A DNA stretch of 64,000 nucleotides from Candidatus Binatia bacterium (GCA_035495855.1 DATJFD010000076.1:7185-71184), one strand, 5' to 3'; shown: positions 1 to 12,299, counted from the stretch's first letter. Numbers and translations are program-made. Notes: generated by a model from the letters alone, not told the origin.

Positions 1-222
1 CATGCCGACGTCGATGACGTCCGCACCCTGGGACATGACGCCCTTGGCGAGGGCGGCGAAGAGCTTCGGGGTAGTGTCGCGCATGTCCTTTCCGACCACC
101 ACGGTCTTGGCTTTCGTGAACTTCACGACCGCTTGACCGACCCGATAAGCGAAATCCTCGTCGATCTGTTCGGGGGCCAGCCCGCGGATGTCGTAAGCCT
201 TGAAGAGTTTTGGGTCCATCAT
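1..222 (-). CDS. phosphomannomutase/phosphoglucomutase family protein, N-terminal fragment (runs off window start)
   Basis: Reverse-strand translation from ATG at 222 gives MMDPKLFKAYDIRGLAPEQIDEDFAYRVGQAVVKFTKAKTVVVGKDMRDTTPKLFAALAKGVMSQGADVIDVGM. The FKAYDIRG ... VVVG.DMR ... V.D.G pattern is the N-terminal signature of alpha-D-phosphohexomutases. Too short and partial to appear in the ORF track. Confidence 0.75.
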   Translation of the reverse strand, partial: MMDPKLFKAYDIRGLAPEQIDEDFAYRVGQAVVKFTKAKTVVVGKDMRDTTPKLFAALAKGVMSQGADVIDVGM

Positions 223-295
223 AGACGAGAAACGCGGCTAGGTTGCGCCGCATTTTCCACCCTGGCGGGCGTTCGAGTTATGCACCGCGGCCTTT

Positions 296-324
296 TTGCC
301 TGACCGCGCTTTTTTCCGTATAAT
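296..324 (+). promoter_or_regulatory. candidate sigma70-type promoter for lemA
   Basis: TTGCCT (296-301), 17-nt spacer, TATAAT (319-324), with a second TATAAT at 331-336. Lies in the AT-richer divergent gap between the phosphohexomutase start (222, -) and lemA start (373, +). Confidence 0.3.
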
Positions 325-372
325 TCAGGCTATAATAGTGTAGAGATTAATTCCTTCGCTCGCAACGTCCCT

Positions 373-936
373 ATGGGAACTCTTAACGCCATCATGATCG
401 TCCTCGGCCTGCTCGTGGTGGTCGTGGTCGCCTGGCTCATCGCCGTCTACAACGGCCTTATTACGCTGCGAAACCGCACCGACGAAGCCTGGTCCGACAT
501 CGACGTCCAGCTCAAGCGTCGTTACGACCTCATCCCCAACCTCGTCGAGACGGTGAAGGGCTACGCCAAGCACGAATCCGAGACCATGGAGAAGGTCATC
601 CAGGCCCGGGCGGCCGCCATGGGCGCGCAGACCACCGCCGCCAAGGCCGAAGCGGAGAACCAGCTCTCCCAGACCCTCAAATCGCTGTTCGCCATCGCCG
701 AGAACTACCCCGACCTGAAGGCCTCGCAGAACTTCCTCCAGCTGCAGGACGACCTCAAGGACGCGGAGGACAAGATCCAGGCCGCGCGCCGCTTCTACAA
801 CGCCAACGTCCGCGACTTCAACACCAAGATCCAGGTGTTCCCGAACAACCTCATCGCCGAGCGGCTGAGCTTCAAGAAGTACGAGTTCTTTGAGATCGAC
901 AACGCGGAGCGGCAGAACGTGCAGGTGAAATTCTAG
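373..936 (+). CDS. lemA: LemA family membrane protein
   Basis: 187-aa ORF with an N-terminal TM helix, then YNGLITLRNRTDEAWSDIDVQLKRRYDLIPNLVETVKGYAKHE ... YPDLKA ... RFYN..V..FN, the typical LemA pattern. Confidence 0.9.
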   Translation: MGTLNAIMIVLGLLVVVVVAWLIAVYNGLITLRNRTDEAWSDIDVQLKRRYDLIPNLVETVKGYAKHESETMEKVIQARAAAMGAQTTAAKAEAENQLSQTLKSLFAIAENYPDLKASQNFLQLQDDLKDAEDKIQAARRFYNANVRDFNTKIQVFPNNLIAERLSFKKYEFFEIDNAERQNVQVKF

Positions 937-940
937 CCCC

Positions 941-1010
941 AAGCTTCAAGCGCCGAGTTCCGAGGGGCTGAAAAGCAGCTCGAAGCTCTCAGCTCGAAGC
1001 TCGAAGCTCG
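941..1010. repeat. heptamer-periodic imperfect inverted repeat (AGCTCGA/AGCTTCG word family)
   Basis: Between the lemA stop and the htpX ATG. Right arm is CAGCTCGA AGCTCTC AGCTCGA AGCTCGA AGCTCG (7-nt units). Left arm AAGCTTCAAGCGCCGAGTTCCGAGG is partly complementary. Confidence 0.55.
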
Positions 1011-1910
1011 ATGACGACATACGACTTCATCGCCGCCAACAAGAGGAAGACCGTGATCCTCATCGCGGTCTTTTCCGCGCTCGTGCTCGCCATCGGCTGG
1101 ACCATCGACCAGTACTACGGCGGAGGAGGGTTCTTCGTCGGCGTCGCCGCCATCTACTCGACCATCTCGGCGCTGGTGAGCTACTACGCCGGCGACAAGG
1201 TCGCGCTGGCCGTCTCCGGCGCGCGCCCGGTGACCGGCGCGGAATCGCCCTACGTCGTGCGCATGGTCGAGAACCTAGCCATCTCGCAGGGCATGCCGAC
1301 GCCGAAGGTCTATCTGATCGAGGACGAGGCCATCAACGCCTTCGCCACCGGCCGCGACCCGAAGCACGCGTCCATCGCGGTGACGACCGGCGCGGTACGG
1401 AAGCTGGCGAACGAGGAGCTCGAGGGCGTGCTCGCGCACGAGATGTCGCACGTGAAGAACTACGACATCCGGGTGATGACCATCGTGATCGTGCTCGTCG
1501 GCATCATCTCGGTGCTCGCCAACATGATGTTCCGGGCGACCTTCTACGGCGGCCGCCGGCGCGACAACCGCAACAGCGCCAGCGGGGTGTTCCTCCTGAT
1601 CGGCCTGGTACTGATGATCTTCGCCCCTTTCATCGCCCAGCTCATCAAGCTGGCCGTATCGCGAAGGCGGGAATACCTCGCCGACGCGTCCGGCGCGCTG
1701 ATGACGAGATTCCCCGAAGGCCTGGCGCGGGCGCTCAGGAAGATACAGCAGGAATCGATGCCCATGGCCCACGCTTCCGCCGCCACCGCGCACCTGTTCA
1801 TCGCCAACCCTTTCACCGGAAAAACGCTCGAAGGCCTCTTCTCCACGCACCCGCCGATCGAAATGCGCATCGCGGCGCTCGAGAAGATGGCCAGCGTGCC
1901 CGGCACTTAA
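1011..1910 (+). CDS. htpX: zinc metalloprotease HtpX (peptidase M48)
   Basis: 299 aa with multiple TM segments, the HEMSHVKNYD (HExxH) motif, and EY.AD ... THPP...R at the C-terminus. Confidence 0.9.
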   Translation: MTTYDFIAANKRKTVILIAVFSALVLAIGWTIDQYYGGGGFFVGVAAIYSTISALVSYYAGDKVALAVSGARPVTGAESPYVVRMVENLAISQGMPTPKVYLIEDEAINAFATGRDPKHASIAVTTGAVRKLANEELEGVLAHEMSHVKNYDIRVMTIVIVLVGIISVLANMMFRATFYGGRRRDNRNSASGVFLLIGLVLMIFAPFIAQLIKLAVSRRREYLADASGALMTRFPEGLARALRKIQQESMPMAHASAATAHLFIANPFTGKTLEGLFSTHPPIEMRIAALEKMASVPGT

Positions 1911-2018
1911 GTCGAAAGTGGAGAGTCGAAAGTCGAAAGCCCGCCGGGCTCCGCCACTCTCGTCTCTCCGCTTCCCACATCAATCTTTCCACTCTCGACT
2001 TTCCACTTTCTACTCTCG
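1911..2018. repeat. heptamer-periodic inverted repeat (GTCGAAA/GTGGAGA word family)
   Basis: Left arm is GTCGAAA GTGGAGA GTCGAAA GTCGAAA G (1911-1939). Right arm CTTTCCACTCTCGACTTTCCACTTTCTACTCTCG (1985-2018) is built from the complementary words. It fills the htpX-clpC gap. Confidence 0.6.
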
Positions 2019-2019
2019 T

Positions 2020-4579
<2,560 letters not shown>

Positions 4580-4587
<8 letters not shown>

Positions 4588-6313
4588 CGAACTGCAGCAT
4601 TCCGCGACCCTCGATGATCAGCTGCGCTGGAAGCGCGAGCTGGATTCGACGCGCGCCATGGCGCGGCAGACCATCCCCGGCTTCTTTCCGGGCCCTGGCG
4701 CTGCTGCGGGCGGCGGAGGTGGCGGAGTGGCCGCGGGAGGGGGCGGAGGCGCCCCGGCCGGCGGCGGCGCGCCTGCGGCAGGAGGCGGCGGAGCGGGCGG
4801 CGCCCAGGGACAAAAGGGCGGTCCGCAGCAGCCGCAGAAAGGCGGGCTCGGCCAGATGGGCGGTGGCGGAGGCGGCGGCACGCCCGGAACCCCCGGCCAG
4901 CAGTTCAGCGAAGACGAGATCGAGGAGATGCTCGAGCAGGGCTACTCCATGGATGACATCGAGAAAGCGCAGCAAGGCACGCCGGGAACCAAACCCCGAC
5001 GTTCCCTGGCGGACCGCGCCGGCGGCGCCGTCGAGTCGGCCGGCAACCTGACCGAAAAGGGCGGCAAGGCGGTCGAGACGGGCGGCAAAGCCATCGAAGG
5101 CGCGGGCAAAGGACTCGAGACCGCCGGCAAGGGCGTGGAAGCGGCCGGCCAGGCGGCCGAGACCGCCGGCAAAGGCATCGAAGCCGCCGGGTCCGCCGTG
5201 AAGGAAGCCGGCAAGGCCACCATGGAAGCCAGCAAAGGACTGACCGAGGCGGGAGTGGAGCTCTCGTCCACCGGCCTCGGCGCCATCGTCGGCGTGCCGC
5301 TCGCGGCCGTCGGCGTCGTCGGCATGGCCGGCGGCGGCGCGGCCATGGGCGCGGGCGCCGGCATGGAGGCCGGCGGCAAAGGCGCCCAGGCGGCCGGCAA
5401 AGGCGCGCAGTCGGCGGGCAAAGGCATGCAGGAGGGCGGCAAAGGCATGCAGCAGGCCGGCAAGGGCGTCCAGGATGCCGGCAAAGGCATGCAGGACACG
5501 GGCGGCCAGATGCAGCAAATGGGCAAGCAGATGAAGCAGATGACGCCCGGCGCTGAGGGCGCGGACAAGGCCAAGGATTCCATGACCCCGAGCGCGCCGA
5601 CCGGCATCGGCGGCGGAGCGCAGGCCGAGAGCCCGACCGGCAGCATGAAGGACACCGTCGGCGGCGGCCCCGCCAAGGACATCGCCATGAGCGCCGCGGG
5701 TGGCGCAGGCGGCGGAGGAGGCGGGGGCGGAGGAGGAGGCGGAGGAGGCGGGGGCGGCGGCATGCCCGGCGGAGGAGGGATGCCCGGCGGCAAGGTCATG
5801 CAGGCCTACCAGCAGGGCGGCAGCAAGAGCGACCAGATGATGCGGATGGGCGGCGCGGCCGCCGGCGAAGGCGCGGAGGCGGTCGGTTCGGCCTTCGGAC
5901 CCGAAGGCAAGGTGATCGGCAAGGCGGCCTCGGAAGCGATCACGATGGGCACGGAAGGAGCTATCGCCGCGAAGAACCTGGTCATGTCGGGCGGCAGCCT
6001 GGCGTCGCAGAAGGCGGCGGCGAAAGCGTTCAAGCAACAGGTCGTCGACAAGATATGGTGGCCCGGCATGATGCAGTTCCCGATGAACTTCCTCCTCTTC
6101 TTCCCCATGCTCCAGGTGTACTGGTTCGCGAGCATGACGAAGAGCAGCTGGACCACGGAGATGCGGCAATGGGAGCACGGCGTCATCCTGTTCTTCTCCT
6201 TCCTGGAGTTCATGATGGTCATGACCTTCCTCGCCATCATCGGCGCCATCGGATGCCTCATCGACTACTCGAACTGCGGCCACACGTATGTCAGCAATCT
6301 TCTCGGCGTCTAA
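4580..6313 (+). CDS. Gly-rich heptad-repeat protein with hydrophobic Trp/Phe/Met-rich C-terminal membrane region (unknown function)
   Basis: ATG overlaps the clpC stop (ATGCCTGA). Two blocks of 7-aa repeats (GKG.E.A about 5056-5250; GKGMQ.A about 5372-5545) and a long poly-Gly run (about 5695-5790). C-terminus has 3-4 hydrophobic segments (MMQFPMNFLLFFPML..., VILFFSFLEFMMVMTFLAIIGAIGCL). Third codon positions are G/C-biased, as in neighbouring genes. Confidence 0.6.
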
Positions 6314-6325
6314 ACCCTCGATCCT

Positions 6326-7537
6326 ATGAACTGGAAAAGGCTCCTCCTCATCATCTTGTTCATCGGCGTGACCCTCGGCATCGGGTACGCCCTGTTCAGG
6401 CTTTTTTTCGCCGCGCCGCAGGAAGTCGTCCCCACGGAAGAACAGAACGCCAACGGCGCCGTCGGCGGCCTGCCGTCGGCCAACGTCGGCGGCGTGCCCG
6501 GCGCTCCCCCGCCGACCGGTGCGCCGGGGCTTCCCCCGGGCGTCTCCCCCGTCGCGAACGGCGGGCTGACGGTCGTGACGCCGGTCGCTCCGGTGCCGAC
6601 CACCGGCGCGACGCTCAGCGCCAGCGGCCAGCTCAACTATTACAACCGCAATGACGGCAAGTTCTACCGCCTCAACCCCGACGGCACGACCACGTCGCTC
6701 TCCAACAAGACCTTTTTCAACGTGAGCAATGCGAAGTTCGACCCGCAGGGCAACAAGGCCATCCTCGAATATCCGGACGGCTCCAACATCATGTTCAACT
6801 TCCAGACCGGCGAACAGGCGACGCTGCCGGCGCACTGGGAGGGCTTCGACTTCAACCCCACGGGCACGCAGATCGTGGCGAAGAGCGTCGGCGTCGATCC
6901 GGATGCGCGCTTCCTGGTGGTCGCGAACCCCGACGGTTCCGGTGCCAAGGCGGTGCAGGAGCTGGGCGAGAACCAGGACAAGGTGCAGGTGAACTGGTCG
7001 CCGAACAACGAGGTCATCGCGACGGCCACGACCGGCCGGAGCTTCGGCGTCGACCGGCAGGAGGTCTACCTCATCGGCCAGAACGGCGAGAACTTCAAGT
7101 CGATGATCGTCGAGGGCCTGGACTTCCGGCCGAAGTGGGCGCCCGGCGGCGAGCAGCTGATGTACAGCGTGGCCGGCTCGCTCTCCGACTGGAAGCCGCA
7201 GCTCTGGATCGTCGACGCGCAGGGCGACAATATCGGCCGCAACCGCCGCAGCATCGCCGTGAACACCTGGGCGGACAAATGCACGTTCCAGGACAAGGAC
7301 AACCTGTACTGCGCGGTCCCCGACGATCTCCCCCGCGGCGCCGGCCTCCAGCCCGACATCGCCAATGACACGCCGGATTCCATCTACAAGATCAACCTCA
7401 CGACCGGCCTGCAGACCAAGATCGCGGTCCCCGAAGGCTCGCACACGATCGGTTCGGTCATGCTCACCCCGGACAAGAAGAGCCTCTTCTTCACGGACAA
7501 GGGTTCCGGCGTGGTCAACAAGATCGCGCTGCCGTGA
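6326..7537 (+). CDS. membrane-anchored TolB-like/PD40 beta-propeller repeat protein
   Basis: N-terminal TM helix (LLLIILFIGVTLGIGYALFRLFF) followed by a Pro/Gly linker. Then repeated units of the type F.P.G..I....DG...I......G (KFDPQGNKAILEYPDGSNI, FNPTGTQIVAKS, WSPNNEVIATA, WAPGGEQLMYS, LTPDKKSLFFTD), typical of PD40/TolB blades. Confidence 0.6.
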   Translation: MNWKRLLLIILFIGVTLGIGYALFRLFFAAPQEVVPTEEQNANGAVGGLPSANVGGVPGAPPPTGAPGLPPGVSPVANGGLTVVTPVAPVPTTGATLSASGQLNYYNRNDGKFYRLNPDGTTTSLSNKTFFNVSNAKFDPQGNKAILEYPDGSNIMFNFQTGEQATLPAHWEGFDFNPTGTQIVAKSVGVDPDARFLVVANPDGSGAKAVQELGENQDKVQVNWSPNNEVIATATTGRSFGVDRQEVYLIGQNGENFKSMIVEGLDFRPKWAPGGEQLMYSVAGSLSDWKPQLWIVDAQGDNIGRNRRSIAVNTWADKCTFQDKDNLYCAVPDDLPRGAGLQPDIANDTPDSIYKINLTTGLQTKIAVPEGSHTIGSVMLTPDKKSLFFTDKGSGVVNKIALP

Positions 7538-7565
7538 GGCCGCGGCGGCCGGATATGGTAGAGTG

Positions 7566-7595
7566 AAGAGTGGCGGACGTTCCGCCACTCTTTTT
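7566..7595 (+). terminator. rho-independent terminator
   Basis: AAGAGTGGCGGA cgt TCCGCCACTCTT followed by TTT, directly after the stop of the TolB-like gene. It overlaps the track start (7570) of the next ORF, which argues for the later ATG at 7603. Confidence 0.7.
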
Positions 7596-7602
7596 CGGCC
7601 TT

Positions 7603-8292
7603 ATGCGCCATTCGAACGCCTTCCTCGGCGCCGCGATCCTCGCCGCGCTGCTCATCCTGGTCGTCTACGGCATCGCCGCGCTGTCGCCCGTCAATCCGGC
7701 GCCCAAGAGCGTGAACCAGATCGACCTGAGCGCCGCTCCGCTCGACAAGCCGACGGTCTCTTTCGGCAACCCTTCGCGGGGCCCGAAGGACGCCGCGGTG
7801 ACGGTATTCGTGTTCGGCGACTACGTCTGCCCGCCGTGCGCCGAATACGAGGCCACGACCTCCCAGCTCCTGACGGAGTTCCCGAAGGACGTCCGCATCG
7901 TCTGGAAGGACATGCCCAACACGCAGCTCCATCCCGAATCCATCAACGCCGCGGTGGCCGCGCGCTGCGCCGCGGACCAGGGGGCTTTCTGGCAGTATCA
8001 CGACCTTCTGTACCAGGAGCAGGCGTCCATCGGCCCCAAGAACTACACCCCCTTCGCGGCCCAGCTCGGCCTCGACCTCGAAGCCTTCCAGTCCTGTTAC
8101 GACTCCCGCCAGACGCAGCCGCTCGTGCAGCGGGATTACGACGAGGGGCAGCGGCTCCGCGTCGACAGCACGCCGTATACCTTCGTGAACGGCCGCAGGG
8201 TCGCCGGAGCCGTCAGTTACGAGCAGCTGCGCGGCTTCGTCGTCGCCGCGTTGAGCGAAGCGGGCATCCAGCCGGCCCAGGCGGCGCCATGA
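7603..8292 (+). CDS. DsbA-family thiol:disulfide oxidoreductase (membrane-anchored)
   Basis: Start re-picked at MRHSNAFLGAAILAALLILVV (a TM anchor). Thioredoxin-fold CPPC active site (FGDYVCPPCAEYE), then FWQYHD ... P.. and a conserved T-P (VDSTPYTFVNG) cis-Pro loop region. Confidence 0.75.
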   Translation: MRHSNAFLGAAILAALLILVVYGIAALSPVNPAPKSVNQIDLSAAPLDKPTVSFGNPSRGPKDAAVTVFVFGDYVCPPCAEYEATTSQLLTEFPKDVRIVWKDMPNTQLHPESINAAVAARCAADQGAFWQYHDLLYQEQASIGPKNYTPFAAQLGLDLEAFQSCYDSRQTQPLVQRDYDEGQRLRVDSTPYTFVNGRRVAGAVSYEQLRGFVVAALSEAGIQPAQAAP

Positions 8293-8316
8293 TGCCGAAA
8301 ACCGCCGAAAAATAAG

Positions 8317-8337
8317 GCCGGGACCCCGTGTCCCGGC
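8317..8337 (+). terminator. terminator-like GC hairpin (no U-tract)
   Basis: GCCGGGAC cccgt GTCCCGGC, 25 nt after the dsbA-like stop. Confidence 0.35.
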
Positions 8338-8445
8338 ACCCTCCGCAGCACCTCATATCCGCGTCGCAGTAAAGCCGGAGAGGTGCTATTATTTATGGGT
8401 CGGAAGCCCAAACCTTTGGACCGCCCTGAACACCCCGATCGGCTT

Positions 8446-9585
8446 ATGAACGAGAGGAAAATACTCCCTTTTGCGCGGGCGTTCGTCTTCCTCTCTTTGG
8501 CTCTCTTCGCCGCGAATGCTGGCGCGGTCGTCCAGGAACGTCCTGTGCTGGCCATTAACATTCCGACGATCCAGTTCACCAACGTTTCGGTCGTGAACGG
8601 CGACGGTTATCGCAAGATCGACGTGCCCTGGATCGGGCAATACGTTTCCGGCGTGTACAGCTACGCCGTCGCCATCGCCGGCGTGCTCGCGGGGGTCATG
8701 TTCGTCATCGGGGGGTTCCAATACCTGACCGCCGGAGGCGATGCCAGCCGCGTATCGAAGGCCAAAGAACGCATCCGGGACGCGGTCGTCGGACTGCTCC
8801 TGGCCTTCGGCGCCTACACGATCCTTACCACGCTCAACCCCAGCCTCGTGTCGTTCGAAGCGCTCAATGTCAGGACCGTGGCGCGGCGGACCTTCACGGC
8901 GGAGGAACGCGAGGATTACGGGGACAACACCAACCCTCCGGTCGGGGGCGTGGCCTCCACGAACTCGCCGCCGGTCGCGGGCGGCGCGGGCGCGCAGGCG
9001 GTATGCACGACCATCGAATCCTGTCGGACCATGTGCAACGGCACGCATCCCACGAGCACGCCCGGCGTCATGGACGCGTCTCTCGCCAGGCCGATCCCGA
9101 CGCTTCCCGGTCTGGTCGGCGGCGGTCAGTCGGCGTCGCAGGCCGTCATCGACGGTCTGACCCGCGCGGCCGCGGACGCGCACGCCCGCGGACTGACCAT
9201 CGTGGCGGCCTCCGGCTACCGGCCGCTGGCCACGCAGATCGCGCTCGTCTGCGCCCGCATGGGTGATCCCGCCAGGGAGGCCGGCATCGGCTCCGCGGTC
9301 GCCTGGCCGGGAGGTTCGAACCATGGCGCCGGCTATGCGGTCGATATCCAACTGCGCGAGGACAGCTCCGGGCGCACGCTCGTCGGCAGCGGCAACTGCG
9401 CGGCGCAGGCGGCAGGGACCCTCGCCACGCCCGCCAATTCCCAACTTTTCGATCAGATCATGACGGCCGCGGGCGCACGCAGGTACTCGAACGAGATCTG
9501 GCATTATGAGTTCGGCAGCTCGTCCGGATGCCGCTGCACGTATCCGAACTGCCCCCCGCCGCCGAAAGCCTGCAGCGGTTGCTGA
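8446..9585 (+). CDS. VirB2/TrbC-like pilin module fused to M15 (VanY-type) peptidoglycan peptidase domain
   Basis: Start at MNERKILPFARAFVFLSLALFAANAGA (signal-like); upstream in-frame starts at 8383 and 8395 are possible. Pilin module is LAINIPTIQF ... IDVPWIGQYVSGVYSYAVAIAGVLAGVMFVIGGFQYLTAGGDASRVSKAKERIRDAVVGLLLAFGAYTILTTLNPSLVSF. C-terminal domain carries M15 motifs SGYRPLATQ, GGSNHGAGYAVD and EIWHYEF, plus a Cys-rich tail. Confidence 0.8.
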   Translation: MNERKILPFARAFVFLSLALFAANAGAVVQERPVLAINIPTIQFTNVSVVNGDGYRKIDVPWIGQYVSGVYSYAVAIAGVLAGVMFVIGGFQYLTAGGDASRVSKAKERIRDAVVGLLLAFGAYTILTTLNPSLVSFEALNVRTVARRTFTAEEREDYGDNTNPPVGGVASTNSPPVAGGAGAQAVCTTIESCRTMCNGTHPTSTPGVMDASLARPIPTLPGLVGGGQSASQAVIDGLTRAAADAHARGLTIVAASGYRPLATQIALVCARMGDPAREAGIGSAVAWPGGSNHGAGYAVDIQLREDSSGRTLVGSGNCAAQAAGTLATPANSQLFDQIMTAAGARRYSNEIWHYEFGSSSGCRCTYPNCPPPPKACSGC

Positions 9586-9586
9586 T

Positions 9587-10801
9587 ATGAACGTCCCACG
9601 TCATTCCCGCCTTGCCATCGTCCTCCGGCAGATCTTCCTGCCTGCCTTCCTTTTCGCGGCCCTTTTCTCGGTCGGACAGGACGTCCTCGGGCAAGGTACG
9701 GAACAGTTCCGGCCGAACCTCGCCATCAACATCCCGACCGTCACCTTCGAGAAGATCGTGCGCACCACGGTTCCGGGCGAACAGGGCGCGACCGCCCAGG
9801 ACGTCATCGACGTTCCCTGGATCACGAACTACGTCGCGGGCGTCTACCGCTACGCCACTTCCGTCGCGGTCATCATCGCGGGAGTCATGTTCCTCGTCGG
9901 CGCGTTCCAATATCTGACCGCCGGCGGCGACTCGGGCCGCGTCTCGCAGGGACGCGACAGGATCACGAACGCGGTCATCGGCCTGTTCCTGGTGTTCGGC
10001 GCGTACGTGATGCTGCTGACCATCAACCCCGACCTCGTTTCCCTCCGGTCGCTGCAGATCAAAACGGTCGCGAAGAAGACCTTCACCATCATCTCTGCCG
10101 CCGATTACCAGCGCCTGACCGGGCACGCGCCGCCGCCGACCGGCAGCGGAGGCGGGCCCGGCGGCACCGGCGGCACGTCCGCGGGTGGCAGCGGCATGAT
10201 CGGCATGGCCATGGAGGCTGCGCGGGCCACGAACATCCCAGAGCTCCCCTGCTTCGTGAAGGGCTCGATGCTGGAGGAGTCCGGGGGCAAGGCCAACGCG
10301 CTCGGCCATGACGAGAACGCCGCGACGACGGTGTTCAGCGTCGGCGCGCGGCGCCAGTTCATCAATAGCGGCGTTTTCAAGAGCGGCGCGACCTTCCCGC
10401 CGGTCGGCTGCAACGACAAGTCCTGCCAGAACCAGGGCCCGCGCGCCAACGACGACAACTTCACCGCCTCGTCCCCGCCGGACTACGGCCTCGACTGGCG
10501 GTACTCGCACGGCTTCGGCTCGGGACAGTCGACCATCTTCCCCGGCAGCGCGCCCTGCCCCGGCAACGAGGCGCAAGGGCGCGGCTTCCGGATGGGCAAC
10601 CACTGCTACAGCGCCGCGCAGCTGCTCGACCCGCCTTCGCAGGTCGCCGCCATGGTGGACCACTACAAGATGTGCTGGCAGCGCGGCGGCGGCGACCCCG
10701 CCAGGGCCTACGTCTGCTACGCCGGCACCATCGCGCCGGACAACCCCATCATCGTCAAGCGCGTGAACAACTATAATGCCTGCCGCGCCGCCGGGGGCTA
10801 A
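9587..10801 (+). CDS. VirB2/TrbC-like pilin module fused to lytic-transglycosylase (SLT)-like domain
   Basis: ATG lies 1 nt after the previous stop. Signal-like N-terminus, then LAINIPTVTF ... IDVPWITNYVAGVYRYATSVAVIIAGVMFLVGAFQYLTAGGDSGRVSQGRDRITNAVIGLFLVFGAYVMLLTINPDLVSL. C-domain has MLEESGGKANALGHDE (E-S catalytic-type box), HGFGSGQS and AYVCYAG, resembling SLT motifs. That last call is by eye only. Confidence 0.7.
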   Translation: MNVPRHSRLAIVLRQIFLPAFLFAALFSVGQDVLGQGTEQFRPNLAINIPTVTFEKIVRTTVPGEQGATAQDVIDVPWITNYVAGVYRYATSVAVIIAGVMFLVGAFQYLTAGGDSGRVSQGRDRITNAVIGLFLVFGAYVMLLTINPDLVSLRSLQIKTVAKKTFTIISAADYQRLTGHAPPPTGSGGGPGGTGGTSAGGSGMIGMAMEAARATNIPELPCFVKGSMLEESGGKANALGHDENAATTVFSVGARRQFINSGVFKSGATFPPVGCNDKSCQNQGPRANDDNFTASSPPDYGLDWRYSHGFGSGQSTIFPGSAPCPGNEAQGRGFRMGNHCYSAAQLLDPPSQVAAMVDHYKMCWQRGGGDPARAYVCYAGTIAPDNPIIVKRVNNYNACRAAGG

Positions 10802-10805
10802 GCCT

Positions 10806-12299
10806 ATGCGGAAGAGCCATCACGTCGGAGCGCTCGTCGCCCTCATCGTCTTCGCGCCCCTGGTCGCGGCGGCTTTGCTGTTGTCGCCGGAGGCGGACGC
10901 GGCGCTCAAGAACCGCAACGCCAACACGCCCGCCGCCATCGAAGGGTTCCGTCCGACGCTGGCCATCAACATCCCGACCATCACGTTCTCGGGCATCCAG
11001 GTCGACTCGAACACCAATGGCCAGGAGGGTATCAGCGGTTACATCGACATCCCCTGGCTCGGCGAATACATGAAGGGCATCTATTCGTACGCCGTCGGCG
11101 TCGCCGTGGTGCTCGCGGGCGTCATGATGGTCATCGGCGGCTTCTATTACCTGACCGCGGGCGGCGATGCCTCGCGCGTACAGAAGGGTAAGCAGCGCAT
11201 CGCCGACGCGGTCATCGGGCTGTTCCTCGTCTACGCCGCCTACACCATCCTCATCACGGTCAATCCGCAGCTGACGACCTTCGAATCGCTGCGGATCAAG
11301 CGGTTGCGGCAAAGCCCGTTCGAACTCATCGACGAAGCGCTGCGCACGACGCACGCCGATACCGGCACCGAAAGCAGCTCTTCGGGTTCCACGGGCACGC
11401 CGCCCCCCTACACGCCGCCGCCGGGCGCCGTGGACGCGCCGAACAGCCCGCTGCCGCCGCCCAGCGGCCAGAATTACGTGCAGCTCTACGCCAGCTGTCC
11501 CCTCACGTCACTTCCCGACAAGCACGTGGTCCCCTGCCACGGCGCTTGGGGCGCGGGGGTGACATGCGGGGACGAATCGCCCACGGGGCCTCGCGGCGTC
11601 GCTTTCCGGGACGGCATGCGCGCCCTCATCGCCAGCGAACCGGACATGCGCAGGAAGATCGCCATGGTGGCGGAGGCCGGCGTGAAATGCTTCTCGCACT
11701 ACGGTTCCTGCGGCGCGACGGCGACGACCTGGGCCCGCATCGCCGGCGTCGGTCCCGATCAGCTCGGCCAGAACAGCCCCAGCGCCGGGCAGACGACGCT
11801 CTGGAACCACATCAACCATGAGACCCCCAGGGCGATCGCCCAGCAGCTCCTCGGCGTCGCCTGCGAGACCACCTGCTCAGGCTCGGCCTTCGCGACCGCA
11901 TGCGGGGCGCGCTGCGATCCCGCCACGCCCGCCGCCACGGCGTCCGAGTGCGGAGGACACACCCCCTGCAACACGGTCAAAAGGGACTGCGTGACCGGCG
12001 CCGCCGCGAGGGCCGCGGTGCGCGCCATGTTCGAAGGCCCCGGCGGCCCCGCCGGCTGGCCTGACTCCTGGACCACGGGCCTGGAGATCGGCGATCATGT
12101 CCACATCTACAACGGCAACAGCAGCTGCGGTTCTTCCCATGCCATGATCTTCCTCGGCTGGGCGAGCCCCGGACGCGCCAGGACCGCCAACGGGCAGTGG
12201 GCCGGTCCGCAATGGGAGGACACGAAGTGCTTCATGCGCTCATGCGGAAATTTCTCGATCGTCACGCGCATCTACAAACCCTCCTCGCTCGCGCATTGA
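10806..12299 (+). CDS. VirB2/TrbC-like pilin module fused to Cys-rich putative NlpC/P60-CHAP-like (papain-fold) domain
   Basis: Start at MRKSHHVGALVALIVFAPLVAAALLL. Then LAINIPTITF ... IDIPWLGEYMKGIYSYAVGVAVVLAGVMMVIGGFYYLTAGGDASRVQKGKQRIADAVIGLFLVYAAYTILITVNPQLTTF. A Pro-rich linker follows. C-domain has a candidate nucleophile Cys (YGSCGATATTWARIAG) and His (GDHVHIYNGNSSCGSSHAMIFLGW). Confidence 0.65.
   Translation: MRKSHHVGALVALIVFAPLVAAALLLSPEADAALKNRNANTPAAIEGFRPTLAINIPTITFSGIQVDSNTNGQEGISGYIDIPWLGEYMKGIYSYAVGVAVVLAGVMMVIGGFYYLTAGGDASRVQKGKQRIADAVIGLFLVYAAYTILITVNPQLTTFESLRIKRLRQSPFELIDEALRTTHADTGTESSSSGSTGTPPPYTPPPGAVDAPNSPLPPPSGQNYVQLYASCPLTSLPDKHVVPCHGAWGAGVTCGDESPTGPRGVAFRDGMRALIASEPDMRRKIAMVAEAGVKCFSHYGSCGATATTWARIAGVGPDQLGQNSPSAGQTTLWNHINHETPRAIAQQLLGVACETTCSGSAFATACGARCDPATPAATASECGGHTPCNTVKRDCVTGAAARAAVRAMFEGPGGPAGWPDSWTTGLEIGDHVHIYNGNSSCGSSHAMIFLGWASPGRARTANGQWAGPQWEDTKCFMRSCGNFSIVTRIYKPSSLAH

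Noticed and set aside
5695-5790. Long GGC/GGA/GGG run considered as a sequencing or assembly artefact or a non-coding G-rich tract.
   Set aside because: The run uses mixed Gly codons rather than a homopolymer. It stays in frame with convincing flanking sequence, and the ORF continues for about 170 more codons into plausible TM helices. It is kept as part of the CDS, although the unit number could still be mis-assembled.
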